A DNA stretch of 63,809 bases, filler included, from Dicyema japonicum (lineage: Eukaryota; Animalia; Dicyemida), in NCBI GenBank assembly GCA_011109175.1. It is 6 parts of 6 records of this genome, joined end to end, with 100 filler letters (N's around TTAATTAATTAA, not from the genome) between each part and the next. Parts side by side here need not be neighbours in the genome. Positions count along the whole stretch, not along the records: positions 26,487 to 54,826 come from RDEW01000080.1; positions 54,927 to 59,135 come from RDEW01000318.1; positions 59,236 to 61,672 come from RDEW01000036.1; positions 61,773 to 63,809 come from RDEW01000045.1; 2 more parts are not named here. The stretch is one strand, 5' to 3'. Shown here in pieces: positions 51,371 to 63,809 of this stretch. A program made the translations under genes and the position numbers. The notes under the pieces are model-generated. The model was not told where the DNA came from. It saw only the letters and a list, made by a program, of their open reading frames with translations, and searched no databases. Position 1 is the stretch's first letter. Each line of letters opens with the position of its first letter.

Positions 51371-54300
51371 TAAATTACCGAAGTTGATTATATTAAATGC
51401 ATTAACGGTAAGGATTTGCTGCGCTAATTGGGTTCGATTCCCCGTCGATATTTGTGATAAGTACTTGTGATAGTATTTTGACAGCTCGACACATTCCAGG
51501 AAGAATAACAAGGAAAAATCAAACAACAGATCGTTTTTTATTCCGGGAACAAACGTTGCAGTTAAAATCTTCCATAATGATAAAGTCACCCAAAAAACAG
51601 CATCGTACCCCGATTAATAAACTTCTGTAGACAGAAAATCTTATGTAGCAGAATTAAACCGAAAATACAACAGGTCGATTCCGATTGTACCGAAATATTA
51701 CACAAAACTGTAAAATAGATTCAAATCAGCCTAGTTAGACCAATAGGCAAATTTGTTATATTAAGACGGAGAATTGTTTTTTATTAAAATTTGGTAAAAT
51801 ATGGAATATTATTAGAAATTAGTTGGTATATTTTGACAACTCGGAGAGGTTACACTATGAAAATAAGAAATAATCCAGTTTATATTAGTGTGTGGCACAG
51901 CGGGGACAAGTCATGTTTACCCGGATGCGTGGATTGCGGTCTCTATTTTGTATCGTCTGAACACTACGTTAGGTCTTGAGAAGCTACTTGATTTGTACGG
52001 TAGTTCTTTTTGGAGATGAATTTGTTGTATTTAATATTACGGAGTATGATTTTCTCATTCTGGCTAACAATTGAGAAGTCTATAAATTTGTGAAAGGTAT
52101 ATAAGGGGGAGCTTACAAGAGTCAAGACAGAATCAGGATATTGGAGAAAATAATGTTCTTTTTTCAATACAAGCTTCACGAAATAAGGCCCTAAATGAAT
52201 TAATGAAATTTTTTTGAATATTATATCTAAAAATATTTAATCATATATATGAAGCCCATAACGGTTTCTTCTTAGGTAGGGGGTAGTTAGTAGCTCAACT
52301 TTGAGTTTGTCGGTATCGTTTTAACACCACTATGTCGTAAAGATTCAGCAATTAATTTAAAAAATTTTACACTCTCAAATTACTTTATTTGAAAAGCCGG
52401 GGGGAACCATATGAATACTTTAAATTCATAACCCAATTCCTGGTTTTCTAATGGTATGTGTATAGCCTGACGAATAGTCCTTTCTCTCACCCTCCAAAAG
52501 AATATTGTGTAACCCCCAATCTTCTACATATGATAATTTTTGAAAACAACAAGACTCACATCCATAAGATCTTTCAAACACTAGAAATTGGCAGTAAAAA
52601 TCTATCAACTAATGTAGGTCCATTTAAAATTAAGTTTATATATTTTAGTAATAACAGGTATAATTCAATTTAATAATACAAATAAAAGTAATATTGAAAG
52701 TTTTCCGAATAAAAATTAAAATATCTTTTTTAGGAAACATGAGTTTGACATGAAATCAATAAATTTGAACGAAAATTAAAAATAATTATAAAAAAAATAT
52801 TTTATTTAATTTAAAAATCAGATATTTGAATGGTATTTTTAATTTGACAAGTAAATAAATAAATTCGACAAGCAACGCAGCCACCTGTTAATATTCACTG
52901 CAGAACAGGTTCGTCTACATGAGCCAGCGCACAAAAGAAAAAAATTAGTTGAGGACTCCCTTTCATCGATTAGTTAGCATTACAGTTCTTTAATTTATTG
53001 ATGTGGTTCACCTTCACGCGGACAAAATTGCATTAACTAACTGACAGTTCTTTACAATAAAATAACGTGAGCGTTTTGCCCAAGAGGAGCTATGAAGATT
53101 GTGAATTTCGGAAAGTTCCTTATATTATTATTATTTACCCTTATATAGTAAGAGATGTCGTGAATTTTATAAGAACAACAACTCTCAAGGATCTGGTTGG
53201 ATTCCAATATTCTTCCTAAAAATTTAGAGAACAGGAAGTCGCTCCTCTCACGTATATCAACAACCAATCAATTAACTCGAATTTATCCGAAAAATTGGAA
53301 ACTTGCGCATATACGTCGTATTATAAAACCTGGGAACGACCCAGGTCATATTGATCGGTCCCATTGCTTTGCTCAATAACTAAAGTTATCGAGAGGCTTG
53401 TCATTTTGAAAATATAAATGTTATGTTTACCTTTCTAGCAAAAATAAGAAATTATGACAGCCTCTCCACCAGATTACGTACAGGTCGCTGTCGTCAAAAC
53501 GAACGGACTCTATGGGCCAAGAAGGTACTTTTTATAAGATCGCTTGGGTGTATGATTTCGAAAACAGGTAACGAACGTTGAGAAACCAAGTGACTGTTCC
53601 AAAGGATTTTTCTGGAAGTTGTAAGGAAAAACAGCCATTTAATTCTTTCTGCTGGATTATTTTTATTCTTTTGTTACGTAATAAATTGCTTTATTTAATA
53701 AAAAATATTTCAAAATTGTATTCTTTCCAAATAGCGTCTTAGATCAATCGAATCGCGAGATACGTGTTTCGTGGTTTAGTAGACAACACGGAAGGCCTCA
53801 TTCATGCTATAATAAATCATAATTTATTATAAACAATCGCAATGTGAAAGCTAAATTCTTCCCGTTGTTTGTGCCATCTAAATGATCCATTCTGTTAGAC
53901 TCCGCCACGCTCTTCTAGAGATTCAGATTTTTTGGATGCTGTCTGAGTCCTTTGTTGTTTTCAATGTCTGGGTTAGTCCTCACGTTCCCGAGTTGTATAG
54001 CAGTATGGGTAGGACGATGCAGTTTCTATCAAACGAAAAACTTTGGCGAAAATTTATAAATTACAATGGATTTTGTTAAGCAAACTTCAATAGGAGACAA
54101 AACTTGCCCAAGGTTGTAAATGGACTCATATTTTCAATTTTAAGGTACAATGTTCCTACTTGGAAAAACCCATAATCAAACTTACTTAATTGACGCGTTC
54201 CATAGAAGGCAAATGCTAGATGTTATCAGGAAGCCGTTATCCGAGAAGCTGAGGTCGATCCAGAATTTTTTGCTAGGGAGCAAAGTTGTATCTCTGAGGA

Positions 54301-55052
54301 ATGGATGAATCCTTTTGAATGCTGGCCAGGCATTGGTGGATCCAATGACGCCACCAGAGGGATGGAAGAGAAATCTTCAATCAAGTAGCCACGTGGAACC
54401 ACACGGCACTATGCGCCCATTTATATATCTTGCATAAATAATATATTATTTTTCGAATGCATAATAATTATAAATATTTTTAAAATTAATCAACAGGAAC
54501 AAAAAATGGGATAGAAATTAAATTTAAATTAACAAAATTTATTCTTTTATTTAAAACTGCCATCTATCCGAAATGGACCCCGCCGACATTATGACGTTGC
54601 GTTGCCTTTCACGATTGCAACAAAGATCAACTGGAGTAGCCACCGGTTCTCACGTGCGTCGTGGATAGAAATTATATTTGAATGGGAAATCCCAATTTTT
54701 AAACAAATTTTCAAACTTTTTCTAATGTCTTTCCACTGTGACCTTCTGGAAGCCGACGGACATGACAAAGGTGATGAAAAGAGGCCGGATGGCGTAACGA
54801 CCATGCCATGGAGCCAATTGAGATGTNNNNNNNNNNNNNNNNNNNNNNNNNNNNNNNNNNNNNNNNNNNNTTAATTAATTAANNNNNNNNNNNNNNNNNN
54901 NNNNNNNNNNNNNNNNNNNNNNNNNNGATTTTTATTCGATAAAATTTAGTACTACATTTTTTAAATAAATTTTTTTTCGTAATAAAATCAAATTTAGTTT
55001 TTTTCACCGATGAGAAGTTTCCCAATAACTATTTTAAAATTAATGATTAAAT

Positions 55053-55990
55053 TCCCAAATTTGCCGCAAAAATGATGGAACCAAACATGGCAAATTTGAA
55101 AAAGTTTGCTGTATTTAATTTATTAATTCAGAATTTACTAATATTAAATATTTTAATTGCAATACAATCAATTAAATTTTTTGTGGATTCTTTAATTTTT
55201 TACCAAGACAATTAACATACTTGTTTTTTCCAACATCAGTTTCGTTGATCATTAAAACAATTTGTTCACTTGAAATTGTGTTAATAATTTGTGAAACCAT
55301 CCTTTCAGCAAGAACTGTAACAATGTCTCTGCATTTGGTTTCCGAAGGAACAGAAATATTTGCTGATAAAAATGCATTTGCAGATCCACGGCGAAACAAT
55401 CAGTAGTAACCTCATTTNCCCAAATTTGCCGCAAAAATGATGGAACCAAACATGGCAAATTTGAAAAAGTTTGCTGTATTTAATTTATTAATTCAGAATT
55501 TACTAATATTAAATATTTTAATTGCAATACAATCAATTAAATTTTTTGTGGATTCTTTAATTTTTTACAAAGACAATTAACATACTTGTTTTTTCCAACA
55601 TCAGTTTCGTAAAAACAATTTGTTCACTTGAAATTGTGTTAATAATTTGTGAAACCATCCTTTCAGCAAGAACTGTAACAATGTCTCTGCATTTGGTTTC
55701 CGAAGGAACAGAAATATTTGCTGATAAAAATGCATTTGCAGATCCACGGCGAAACAATCAGTAGTAACCTCATTTTTAATATGAGTTTCCAAATTATTAT
55801 TCGTATTTGGGATTCTCAGAATATGCTATTTAGAATTCCGGTGCTTTTCATAAACCATTGCTTTAGCGGTTACGTGAGAATTGTATAATTTGCAGAATAA
55901 TTTTCCATCAAATGAAAACTCTTTAGGATATTTATTAACAATAGAAAATATTCGCTTAGTGTTGGAAATTTTGTTTTTATGAATTATAAA
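55053..55990 (-). mobile_element. hAT-related (CGGBP1-like) transposase remnant, 3' part duplicated
   Basis: YPKEFSFDGKLFCKL...KH...H zinc-finger-like motif, AFLSANI, NETDVGKNKYVN. Confidence 0.55.
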
Positions 55991-56269
55991 AAAACAGTCA
56001 ACAAGAACCGAAGACACATGCAGTTTGAAATTATATCAATATTTAAAATTGCTATAATAATTTATAATAATTTTTTATTATTAATAAATTTTTATTAATA
56101 AATAAAAAGTTGCTCAATAAAATAAAAGTTGACCGTAAAAGTAAAAAATTGACTTTGTTGCATTTATAACTTTTTATATAAACAAAATAATTTGATTAAT
56201 AGCATTTTAACACTAAAAATAAAAAAGAGCTCAAGTTGACTTGGTTGACTTTCGGTTGCCCTAGCTATA

Positions 56270-56820
56270 TTACTTGGGCTCTGGCATCTGGGACAACCTG
56301 GAGGCGTTCATGGATAGAAAACTCTTTTCTCTTAAAGGGAAATTTAGTTAGTGAACCTGGAGGAGATGGATGCTTCTTGAGGACAAACTTTGTGAGGAAA
56401 GCTTGGGCTCTGGCATCTGGGACAACCTGGAGGCGTTCATGGATAGAAAACTCTTTTCTCTTAAAGGGAAATTTAGTTAGTGAACCTGGAGGAGATGGAT
56501 GCTTCTTGAAGACAAACTTTGTGGGAAAATAGCCCGCGCATACCAGGCCTGATTTTGAGTAAAATAATACTTAGAAAAAAGTTTATGCGAAATCGAACGA
56601 AGTGTAGGTACGTGGAAAATCTTACCTATTACTACAATAGCCATGGAATAGGTCCTAGCTGTTATACGGAAGTAGAAGAACAAGCAGCCGGGCCAGGGCA
56701 AGATTTCGATCGACCTTTTGAAGCACCTTCGATAAGTCTACTCGGGGGACTGGTAAGACTGTATAACGGTAGCCTCATGCTGGGTAACGTTCCTAGGCGT
56801 TGGAATGGTTTTTGTAAAAA
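56270..56820 (+). mobile_element. Fragment of the 36560-38712 LINE family with a ~130-bp tandem duplication
   Basis: Shares CTTGGGCTCTGGCA.CTGGGA.AACCTGGAG and GLILSKIILRK with ~37750-37970. Confidence 0.7.
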
Positions 56821-58404
56821 AAACNNNNNNNNNNNNNNNNNNNNNNNNNNNNNNNNNNNNNNNNNNNNNNNNNNNNNNNNNNNNNNNNNNNNNNNNNNNN
56901 NNNNNNNNNNNNNNNNNNNNNNNNNNNNNNNNNNNNNNNNNNNNNNNNNNNNNNNNNNNNNNNNNNNNNNNNNNNNNNNNNNNNNNNNNNNNNNNNNNNN
57001 NNNNNNNNNNNNNNNNNNNNNNNNNNNNNNNNNNNNNNNNNNNNNNNNNNNNNNNNNNNNNNNNNNNNNNNNNNNNNNNNNNNNNNNNNNNNNNNNNNNN
57101 NNNNNNNNNNNNNNNNNNNNNNNNNNNNNNNNNNNNNNNNNNNNNNNNNNNNNNNNNNNNNNNNNNNNNNNNNNNNNNNNNNNNNNNNNNNNNNNNNNNN
57201 NNNNNNNNNNNNNNNNNNNNNNNNNNNNNNNNNNNNNNNNNNNNNNNNNNNNNNNNNNNNNNNNNNNNNNNNNNNNNNNNNNNNNNNNNNNNNNNNNNNN
57301 NNNNNNNNNNNNNNNNNNNNNNNNNNNNNNNNNNNNNNNNNNNNNNNNNNNNNNNNNNNNNNNNNNNNNNNNNNNNNNNNNNNNNNNNNNNNNNNNNNNN
57401 NNNNNNNNNNNNNNNNNNNNNNNNNNNNNNNNNAAGAAATATCTGTATATTGGCATAACTAAGTTGCATTTTTGACTACAAATAGATATAATAAATATTT
57501 AAAAACTGTATTACTTAATGTGTTAGATGACATCAATTATATTAATATATGTAATAGGATTGTTAATTAATGGGAATATTACCAATGGAACAAATTCGTA
57601 CTAGGGAATTTATTCTATATTTTTCAACTCATGAAATGACCACAGTGCAATTCTTCTGAAGATCAAGAGAGAACTTTAACTGGGATGAAATTCAAGAGTA
57701 ATTCAACAATTGCTAACTACTTAATAGGATCGTATTTTCTCAGTAAACACTCAATCCCAGTCGGCATTCAAAAGGATCCATATCTTAATTACACCGGCAA
57801 TTTTTGCTCCTTGGCACAAAGTTCTGCCATCTTCCTCAGCTTCCGAAAATATCCCAAGATAACTGTGTTGGATGAGGAATGACTCAAGATCAACCAATAA
57901 GACTGTTTAGTTTGGTATTTAAGAATTTTCTAATAATGATACCAATGTAGGCACAAAAAGTTACGAAAGTTAAAGAAATTCACTCTATTGAATTTCCTGA
58001 TAATAATAAATCAAGCTTGACTTAAAATTCTCAGAATTGACAATTACAAATTATTTCACTAAAGCTTTTGAAAATGCGTTAACACAGAACCTGACAGAAA
58101 TAGAAGAAGAAGATGATGAAAATTTTATGATTCATGAAAATAATCAAATTGATGATGAAAACTTCATACATAACTTTTAGAGAAAACTAAAACAGCACGA
58201 CGAAGTTGAAGAGGAAGAGAAAGATGAAAAAATTCATGTTCCGACTGAAGTTGATGAATATACCGAGGCGCTCGAATTAGGGTTTCTTGAGAATGATTAT
58301 GAAAGAAGAATAAAAGTTTACGAAATAGAAAAAATTTTAAGAAATTATCATACTAATCATTCAAAAAAATCTGATTACATGAAAAAAGTATCTAATTTAT
58401 CTTT

Positions 58405-58665
58405 AGAGCAGCTGCTTCGACTGCGGAGAACCTAAAAATCAAGAAATATTCTTGCCTCGGAGATCGTTACCGATTTACTCCTGTTGCGACCGAATCATCG
58501 GGAGCTGTTGGTCTAATGACGGCTGAGTTCTTGCGAGAAGTCGGAGGATTGCTTACCAGTAAGAAAAGGGATCAACGAGAAGGGTTATGTCTAAGACAAA
58601 AGATTGAAATAGCCATCCTCCGAGGGAACTCGTTCGCAATCCACGCAGCAGGCTTCCTCAACTAA
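58405..58665 (+). mobile_element. CRE-clade 3' end
   Basis: AASTAENLKIKKYSCLGDRYRFTPVATESSG...AAGFLN*. Confidence 0.8.
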
Positions 58666-58879
58666 CATTTGTTTAATTGTTAAAAAAAATTTTGTTTAAA
58701 AAAAAATTTATCTTTGTAATTACTTTATTATTGTTTATTGTGTCTGGGATCACTTAATTTACCGATAACTCTTTTTTTTAAAAGCAACAAGGAATATAAT
58801 TAATGTATTATTCAAAATACGTAATAAAATCGAATAAATGACTTAAATTGAATAAATTTACCAAATCTAATTTCTAACC

Positions 58880-59135
58880 AAAAACCCCTATATCCCATAG
58901 TCATGTTAGCATTTATTAATTACGATTGCCACACCAGTCAAGCACGTTGGTTATGATCCTTATTGCACTACATACTGAAATAATATTTATAATTACAAAT
59001 GCGATTTGCTGATTCGTGGGATGTTTTAATAATATTAATATCAAAAATTACATTCCATCATTATTAATTTTTATATAACTATTAAGCTTAGGTTTATACC
59101 TAAACTAAATATAATTCTTTACGCTTTTGGATTGT
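58880..59135 (-). pseudogene. 3' part of a third copy of the LRR micro-intron gene family
   Basis: Reverse complement aligns with ~8760-9030 (AATAATGATGGAATGTA...GTAATTATAAATATTATTTCAGT.TGTAGTGCAATAAGGA...TGCTAACATGACTATGG). Confidence 0.55.
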
Positions 59136-59607
59136 NNNNNNNNNNNNNNNNNNNNNNNNNNNNNNNNNNNNNNNNNNNNTTAATTAATTAANNNNNNNNN
59201 NNNNNNNNNNNNNNNNNNNNNNNNNNNNNNNNNNNGAACTGGGAACGTTCTTTTCAGGTGCTTTTCTCACAACAGGCATGATTACAACAACGACCGTCCA
59301 CAACTATCGAAATATCTACAAACATGTAAAAAGTTTGAGCCGATGCCATGTCCGATGAAAAGAGCTGTACAGGATTCTCGAACCCGCCGGACTCGTCCTC
59401 CCACTTGTCGTTCTGGGATCACTAGTTATTTAAGAATTTTTATTTCTTTCTCTTTAACCTCCAGTGATCCTGGAGGTATTAATAATGGAGAGCAAGATTC
59501 GCTCAAAAAACCAGCAGCGCTTACGGGGATCTCCTGTTGGTGCATAAATCCGATTCCCTAGACAACTCAAAAATTGCAGCGTGGCATAAGAAATATAAAA
59601 AAACAAA

Positions 59608-60941
59608 TTATGTATGATAATTAATATTATCAGAATTATTGGTTTTAAACATAAAAGGGGGACATGGCATCTTCTTCTGGTACAATACATATGGAGTAGT
59701 CATGGGTGGCACATTCACAACAGTACTATCTGAAAATAAAATCATCCTGACCTCCCACAAGTTCAGCAAGATTCCCAATGTGAGACAGAGAATAAGATTG
59801 AAATCCATCCCTAACCAGCACACGTGGGAGTGATTGTTCGTCTTGTAGAACAGTGTCATGGGAGACGACCGAGTCACAATCGGACAGAAGATCATTTTTA
59901 TCATTTTCATTACAGTAATCCATCACCAATTCGTCGTACAACAACTCTACATGAGGTTTGGGAATATTTTCTTGTATTTGTTGGACTGTCGGGGTCACAG
60001 ATTTAGTGGGTCGACTTAAATTCCCAATGATCTTCTTAAAAGGCTCACCGATCGTGTCTAATATAGAATTTAACGACCCAGTCTTCTGTATTTTTGCCTT
60101 ATTCAAAGCTATGGGGAACTCTGGGTACTCGGGGTCATAGGGGGAGTCCTCATTATCGTCATCCATCTGGGGTGTTTGCTTCTCGTCGACTTCTTCTATT
60201 AGTTGTGGGCTGTGGCGGAGATTATTGTAGTGATGGAGTCTCTTCTCTAGCATGGCTACAAAAAGTCCTCTCTTTCTACAATCCTCTTCCAGTATCTGAA
60301 TCATATTTACTGCCTCTCTGTGAGCTTCTTGCATATTCTTCCTGGTAGATATGGCATTGTTCAAATTACTCAGCACGTGCTCAGCCTGGATTGGGGACTC
60401 ATCCTTAATGGTGTCATACTGCTTCGCAATTTGGTCAATCTGTCGTAATAAAAATGAATACAGAGGGTAATTCGTTTATGGGAGTAATGGGTACGGGATC
60501 ATCACAGATTCCTAACTTGAATTTGAGGAGATCAACAAACTGAGAAGGGTAGACTGACCGTTCACTCCAGACAGTGAGGACCCTCTCAAGACGACCACTT
60601 ATTCCCTCAGTCTTTTGCTGTGCAGACAAGGTTGCCATCGAGGCCACAGCGGATGGGAGCACACTAGAGAAGGCAGTTCTGAACACGTGGGCGTTCTGTC
60701 TGTGGGATGTCTGAATTAGTTCATTGCATACGTAAAACAGAGGGAGTTTTTTAGCTTCCTCTAATGTTGAATATTAAATAATACCGAATTCTTTGACTGC
60801 TCTGAGCCATGATTTTACAATCAGACTGTCAAATTTCTTATAATGCATAAGCCATAGTGACACTTTCTGAACGTCATCTGAGCTGCAACTGATTTCATTT
60901 AATCTTCGTAAGACTTGTGCCTCAGTTAGAGTAAACGACAT
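59608..60941 (-). CDS. CID-domain Pol II CTD-binding protein, RPRD1/RPRD2 (Rtt103-like), 421 aa, intact
   Basis: Introns 60761-84 (24 nt), 60440-61 (22 nt) and 59730-51 (22 nt) give a 1266-nt open frame: MSFTLTE...VQKVSLWLMHY...KKLPLFYVCNELIQ...RLERVLTVWSERSVY, followed by a coiled coil. Confidence 0.85.
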
Positions 60942-61772
60942 TTTGAAATTCAAATATTAATTTATTTTAATATTAATGTAGTTTATTTCAATAATTTAAA
61001 AAAAAAGTTCAACTTCGATGTATCCGCATTATTATACCAATTTTTTGGGGTCCATCGTGTTTGGAGGATAAGAGAAGTGTGATTTTGTTTCCTTCAAATG
61101 ACACCACGTGGGTGATTGCATAAAATTTGTTTATTAAGAATTTTCGATGCTGAATAATCTCGCAATGATCCAAACTTATTGTAACGATGACGCTTCTCGA
61201 AAGACCGCCTAAAAGTCGGATCCATAAGGCATTCAGGTTAAAAACCTATTGGTCCAAAATTAAAAAGGATCATCTGGTAGAAGTTAATATGGATCTACGT
61301 ATGTTTTAACTCTTGGAGTGACTACAAAGAAATTATCGAAGAGAATACAGGTGAAGTACTAGGTGACCGTTGACTTCATAATTATTTAAAATTAAGAAAC
61401 ACCATTCGATGATTCCTGATTCTCTTAACAACCATCCCTTCTTTGCTAGTTGTTTTTCTCGGGAACCCATTTGCTTTCCATAAGTTTGATAGTCATTCAC
61501 CTCACATAATTACCTTGTTTTTTCTTAATTTAAATGTGATCCTTGGTCTTTAAATTAGTAAGACCTATTAAGGTCTTATGTTATGTAAAATCATGTTCTC
61601 GGTCATTTCAACTAATATCAATAAGCAACACTCATATGTCCCACCAGAACTTGACGAATAACCCTCAGTTTGNNNNNNNNNNNNNNNNNNNNNNNNNNNN
61701 NNNNNNNNNNNNNNNNTTAATTAATTAANNNNNNNNNNNNNNNNNNNNNNNNNNNNNNNNNNNNNNNNNNNN

Positions 61773-62135
61773 ATCTTTCCGTTCACTGAGGGAAAATCGC
61801 TCGTATGGGACTGCACTGTTGTGGACTCTTTCTCGAACTCGATGATGCTCAGCTCGGCGCAGTCTGCTGGATCGGCAGCCGATCTGGCCGAGAAAATCAA
61901 GATTAAAAAATATGGCGAAATTAGAGACCGCTACCGTTTTGTACCGGTAGCAATCGAGACGTCTGGTGCGGCCGGAAGTATTACAGCCTCTTTCCTAAAG
62001 GAAATCGGAGGAAAATTGGCCCACCGCAAGAAAGACGTGCGGGAAGCGGTCTGGCTGAGGCAAAGAATTGGTATCGCAGTTGTTCGCGGAAACGCTTACT
62101 CCGTGATGTCAGCATCCGCTCTCCCCCATAGTTAA
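61773..62135 (+). mobile_element. CRE-clade 3' end
   Basis: FPFTEGKSLVWDCTVVD...IETSG...LRQRIGIAVVRGNA. Confidence 0.85.
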
Positions 62136-63288
62136 TGAATAATATTTTATTGTTAATAAATTTTTATCATGAAAAAAAATAAAAAAAAATAAACTAAAAA
62201 TTTGGAAATCTGGAAAAAATGGTATCTATGTCTTCTTAAAATAATATAATTTAACTCATGACATTTTAGGCTAAAAATGCCAAAAATTATCATCTATAAG
62301 CAGAACATAAGGAATAAACTAAAAATTTGGAAATCTGGAAAAAATGGTATCTATGTCTTCTTAAAATAATATAATTTAACTCATGACATTTTAGGCTAAA
62401 AATGCCAAAAATTATCATCTATAAGCAGAACATAAGGATTTCCATTAACTATGAGCTAAAATCTTGATAGTGGAATAATTTTTTGTGTGCAGTGAGAATC
62501 CAGAGTAATTTATTTAACTACAAAATCTGTTTGTGGCAGTTCAACTGTCGAATTTGACATACCAGCTTAAGGAAAACAACGGGACTGACTGGGATGTTAT
62601 AGAAAACTCAGAGTTTGGACTCCATCGATTTTTAGTTGAACATTTGTTAATTGCCATGGGTTCAATTCAACATCCGCACATAGGCCTAAACAGTCCTTGA
62701 TGGTACACACTTTTCGGTGATATTGATTATTTTTTAAATACTAATACGTGACAATAAATCAAATTCACAGGAATAATGAAACAAATTAAATGTAAACAAA
62801 GATGCTCTACTATTAATGGTCGATTGCACGAAACTAATTTGTGCATCAAATGTCATTAAATGATAACTGATCATCACCAATATAGGAAAAGTATTAGGTG
62901 ATCCCTGACTTTCTCTTTAACATCCAAACTTTACTATAATGCGGTTCATGTGATTTTGTTGAGTCATCTCATGTCGTTGGTACGTGGGTTAAGAATTGTG
63001 CCCTTTTACCTGAAAAGACCTCGAAAGTGGTTGGTCCCTTCACAGAAGAAGTTATTAATTTTAACTCATTCAATCGGTAAATATCATTTAGGAAGGTTCA
63101 CCGACTAAGTTATTCAGAAAATGTAATAATAATGAAATACCAAATATTCTAAAGATTTGAAAATCACCAATACATCTTTATTATAACCCAATAAATCCCT
63201 GTTAGTAGATTAGTAAGTTAATGAATTCAAGAGTTCAAAGTGGGGGGACATTCTCCATTATTAACGCAGTACTGTTCGGCAAGTCTCT

Positions 63289-63809
63289 TCACGTCGATAT
63301 CCTCATTCGTTCAATAAGCCTGAATTATTAAACTAACTACTCTATATTGGAGTCCATTGCTTTTATAGTAAATGCAATATTTACAGGAAGAATAATCACG
63401 TGACTTTAATTAAAATTGACTTTACATTGTGGTGGTTCTAAAATAAAGTTACATTAATACATTGCGATTGTTATGGTGGTGGTCGTTCTAAATAAATAAA
63501 ATCACTAATATATGCATTGTTATGGTTTTGCCGATCTTTAGTATGATTTTTATTGGCATCATCATTGTGATGGTTTCTATGTTCGGTGTGCTCATTATGA
63601 TGGCGATTGTCATGATGGTCTCGATCTTGGTTGTGCTCATTGTTGTCTTTATTATGGTGATTATCATGATGGTTTCGATCTTGGTTGTGCTCATTGTTGT
63701 CCCTATTATGGCGATTGTCATGATGGTCTCGATCTTGGTTGTGCTCATTGTTGTCCCTATTATGGTGATTGTCATGATGGTCTCGATCTTGGTTGTGCTC
63801 ATTGTTGTC
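63289..63809 (-). CDS. 3' end of a His/Asn/Asp-rich repeat protein gene with micro-exons (continues beyond window)
   Basis: 54-bp repeat reads DNNEHNQDRDHHDNHHNR; followed by exons of 27, 12, 19 and 19 nt between 21-28-nt introns, splicing to an open frame ending LIERMRIST*. Confidence 0.6.

Noticed and set aside
56519-57475. Long ORFs spanning N runs (also 6988-7753)
   Set aside because: Artefacts of translating through gaps.
63488-63802. Thr/Ile-rich 104-aa ORF from the ORF track
   Set aside because: The alternative His/Asn-rich frame is better supported because it continues across the predicted introns.

Overview
AT-rich eukaryotic draft scaffold, joined by N-gaps and five artificial 100-nt N44-TTAATTAATTAA-N44 linkers, so adjacency across those linkers is unproven. 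The organism uses the standard genetic code and has ultrashort spliceosomal introns (about 20-29 nt). That pattern plus a DCDC2-like gene suggests a compact-intron, probably parasitic, metazoan (dicyemid or myxozoan type), but this is inference only. Most of the window is decayed transposons: a ~79-bp satellite, many CRE-, RTE-, R4- and Jockey/I-group non-LTR fragments, a tRNA-derived SINE, and MULE, hAT, Tigger/pogo, Merlin and Ginger-type DNA transposons. Two insertions are nested with readable TIRs and TSDs. Host sequences are one intact RPRD1/2-like CID gene (3 introns of 22-24 nt), a 5S rRNA, damaged copies of BiP, DCDC2-like and LST8-like genes, a multicopy LRR gene family with one repeat per exon, and the 3' end of a His-rich micro-exon gene. 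Highlights: (1) transposases or integrases of four unrelated DNA-transposon superfamilies carry host-sized micro-introns, five of them in the Merlin transposase; (2) an intron-containing Ginger-like integrase is followed by tandem ~45-bp Helitron-like TC...hairpin...CTAG units; (3) a His-rich gene has 12-27-nt exons.
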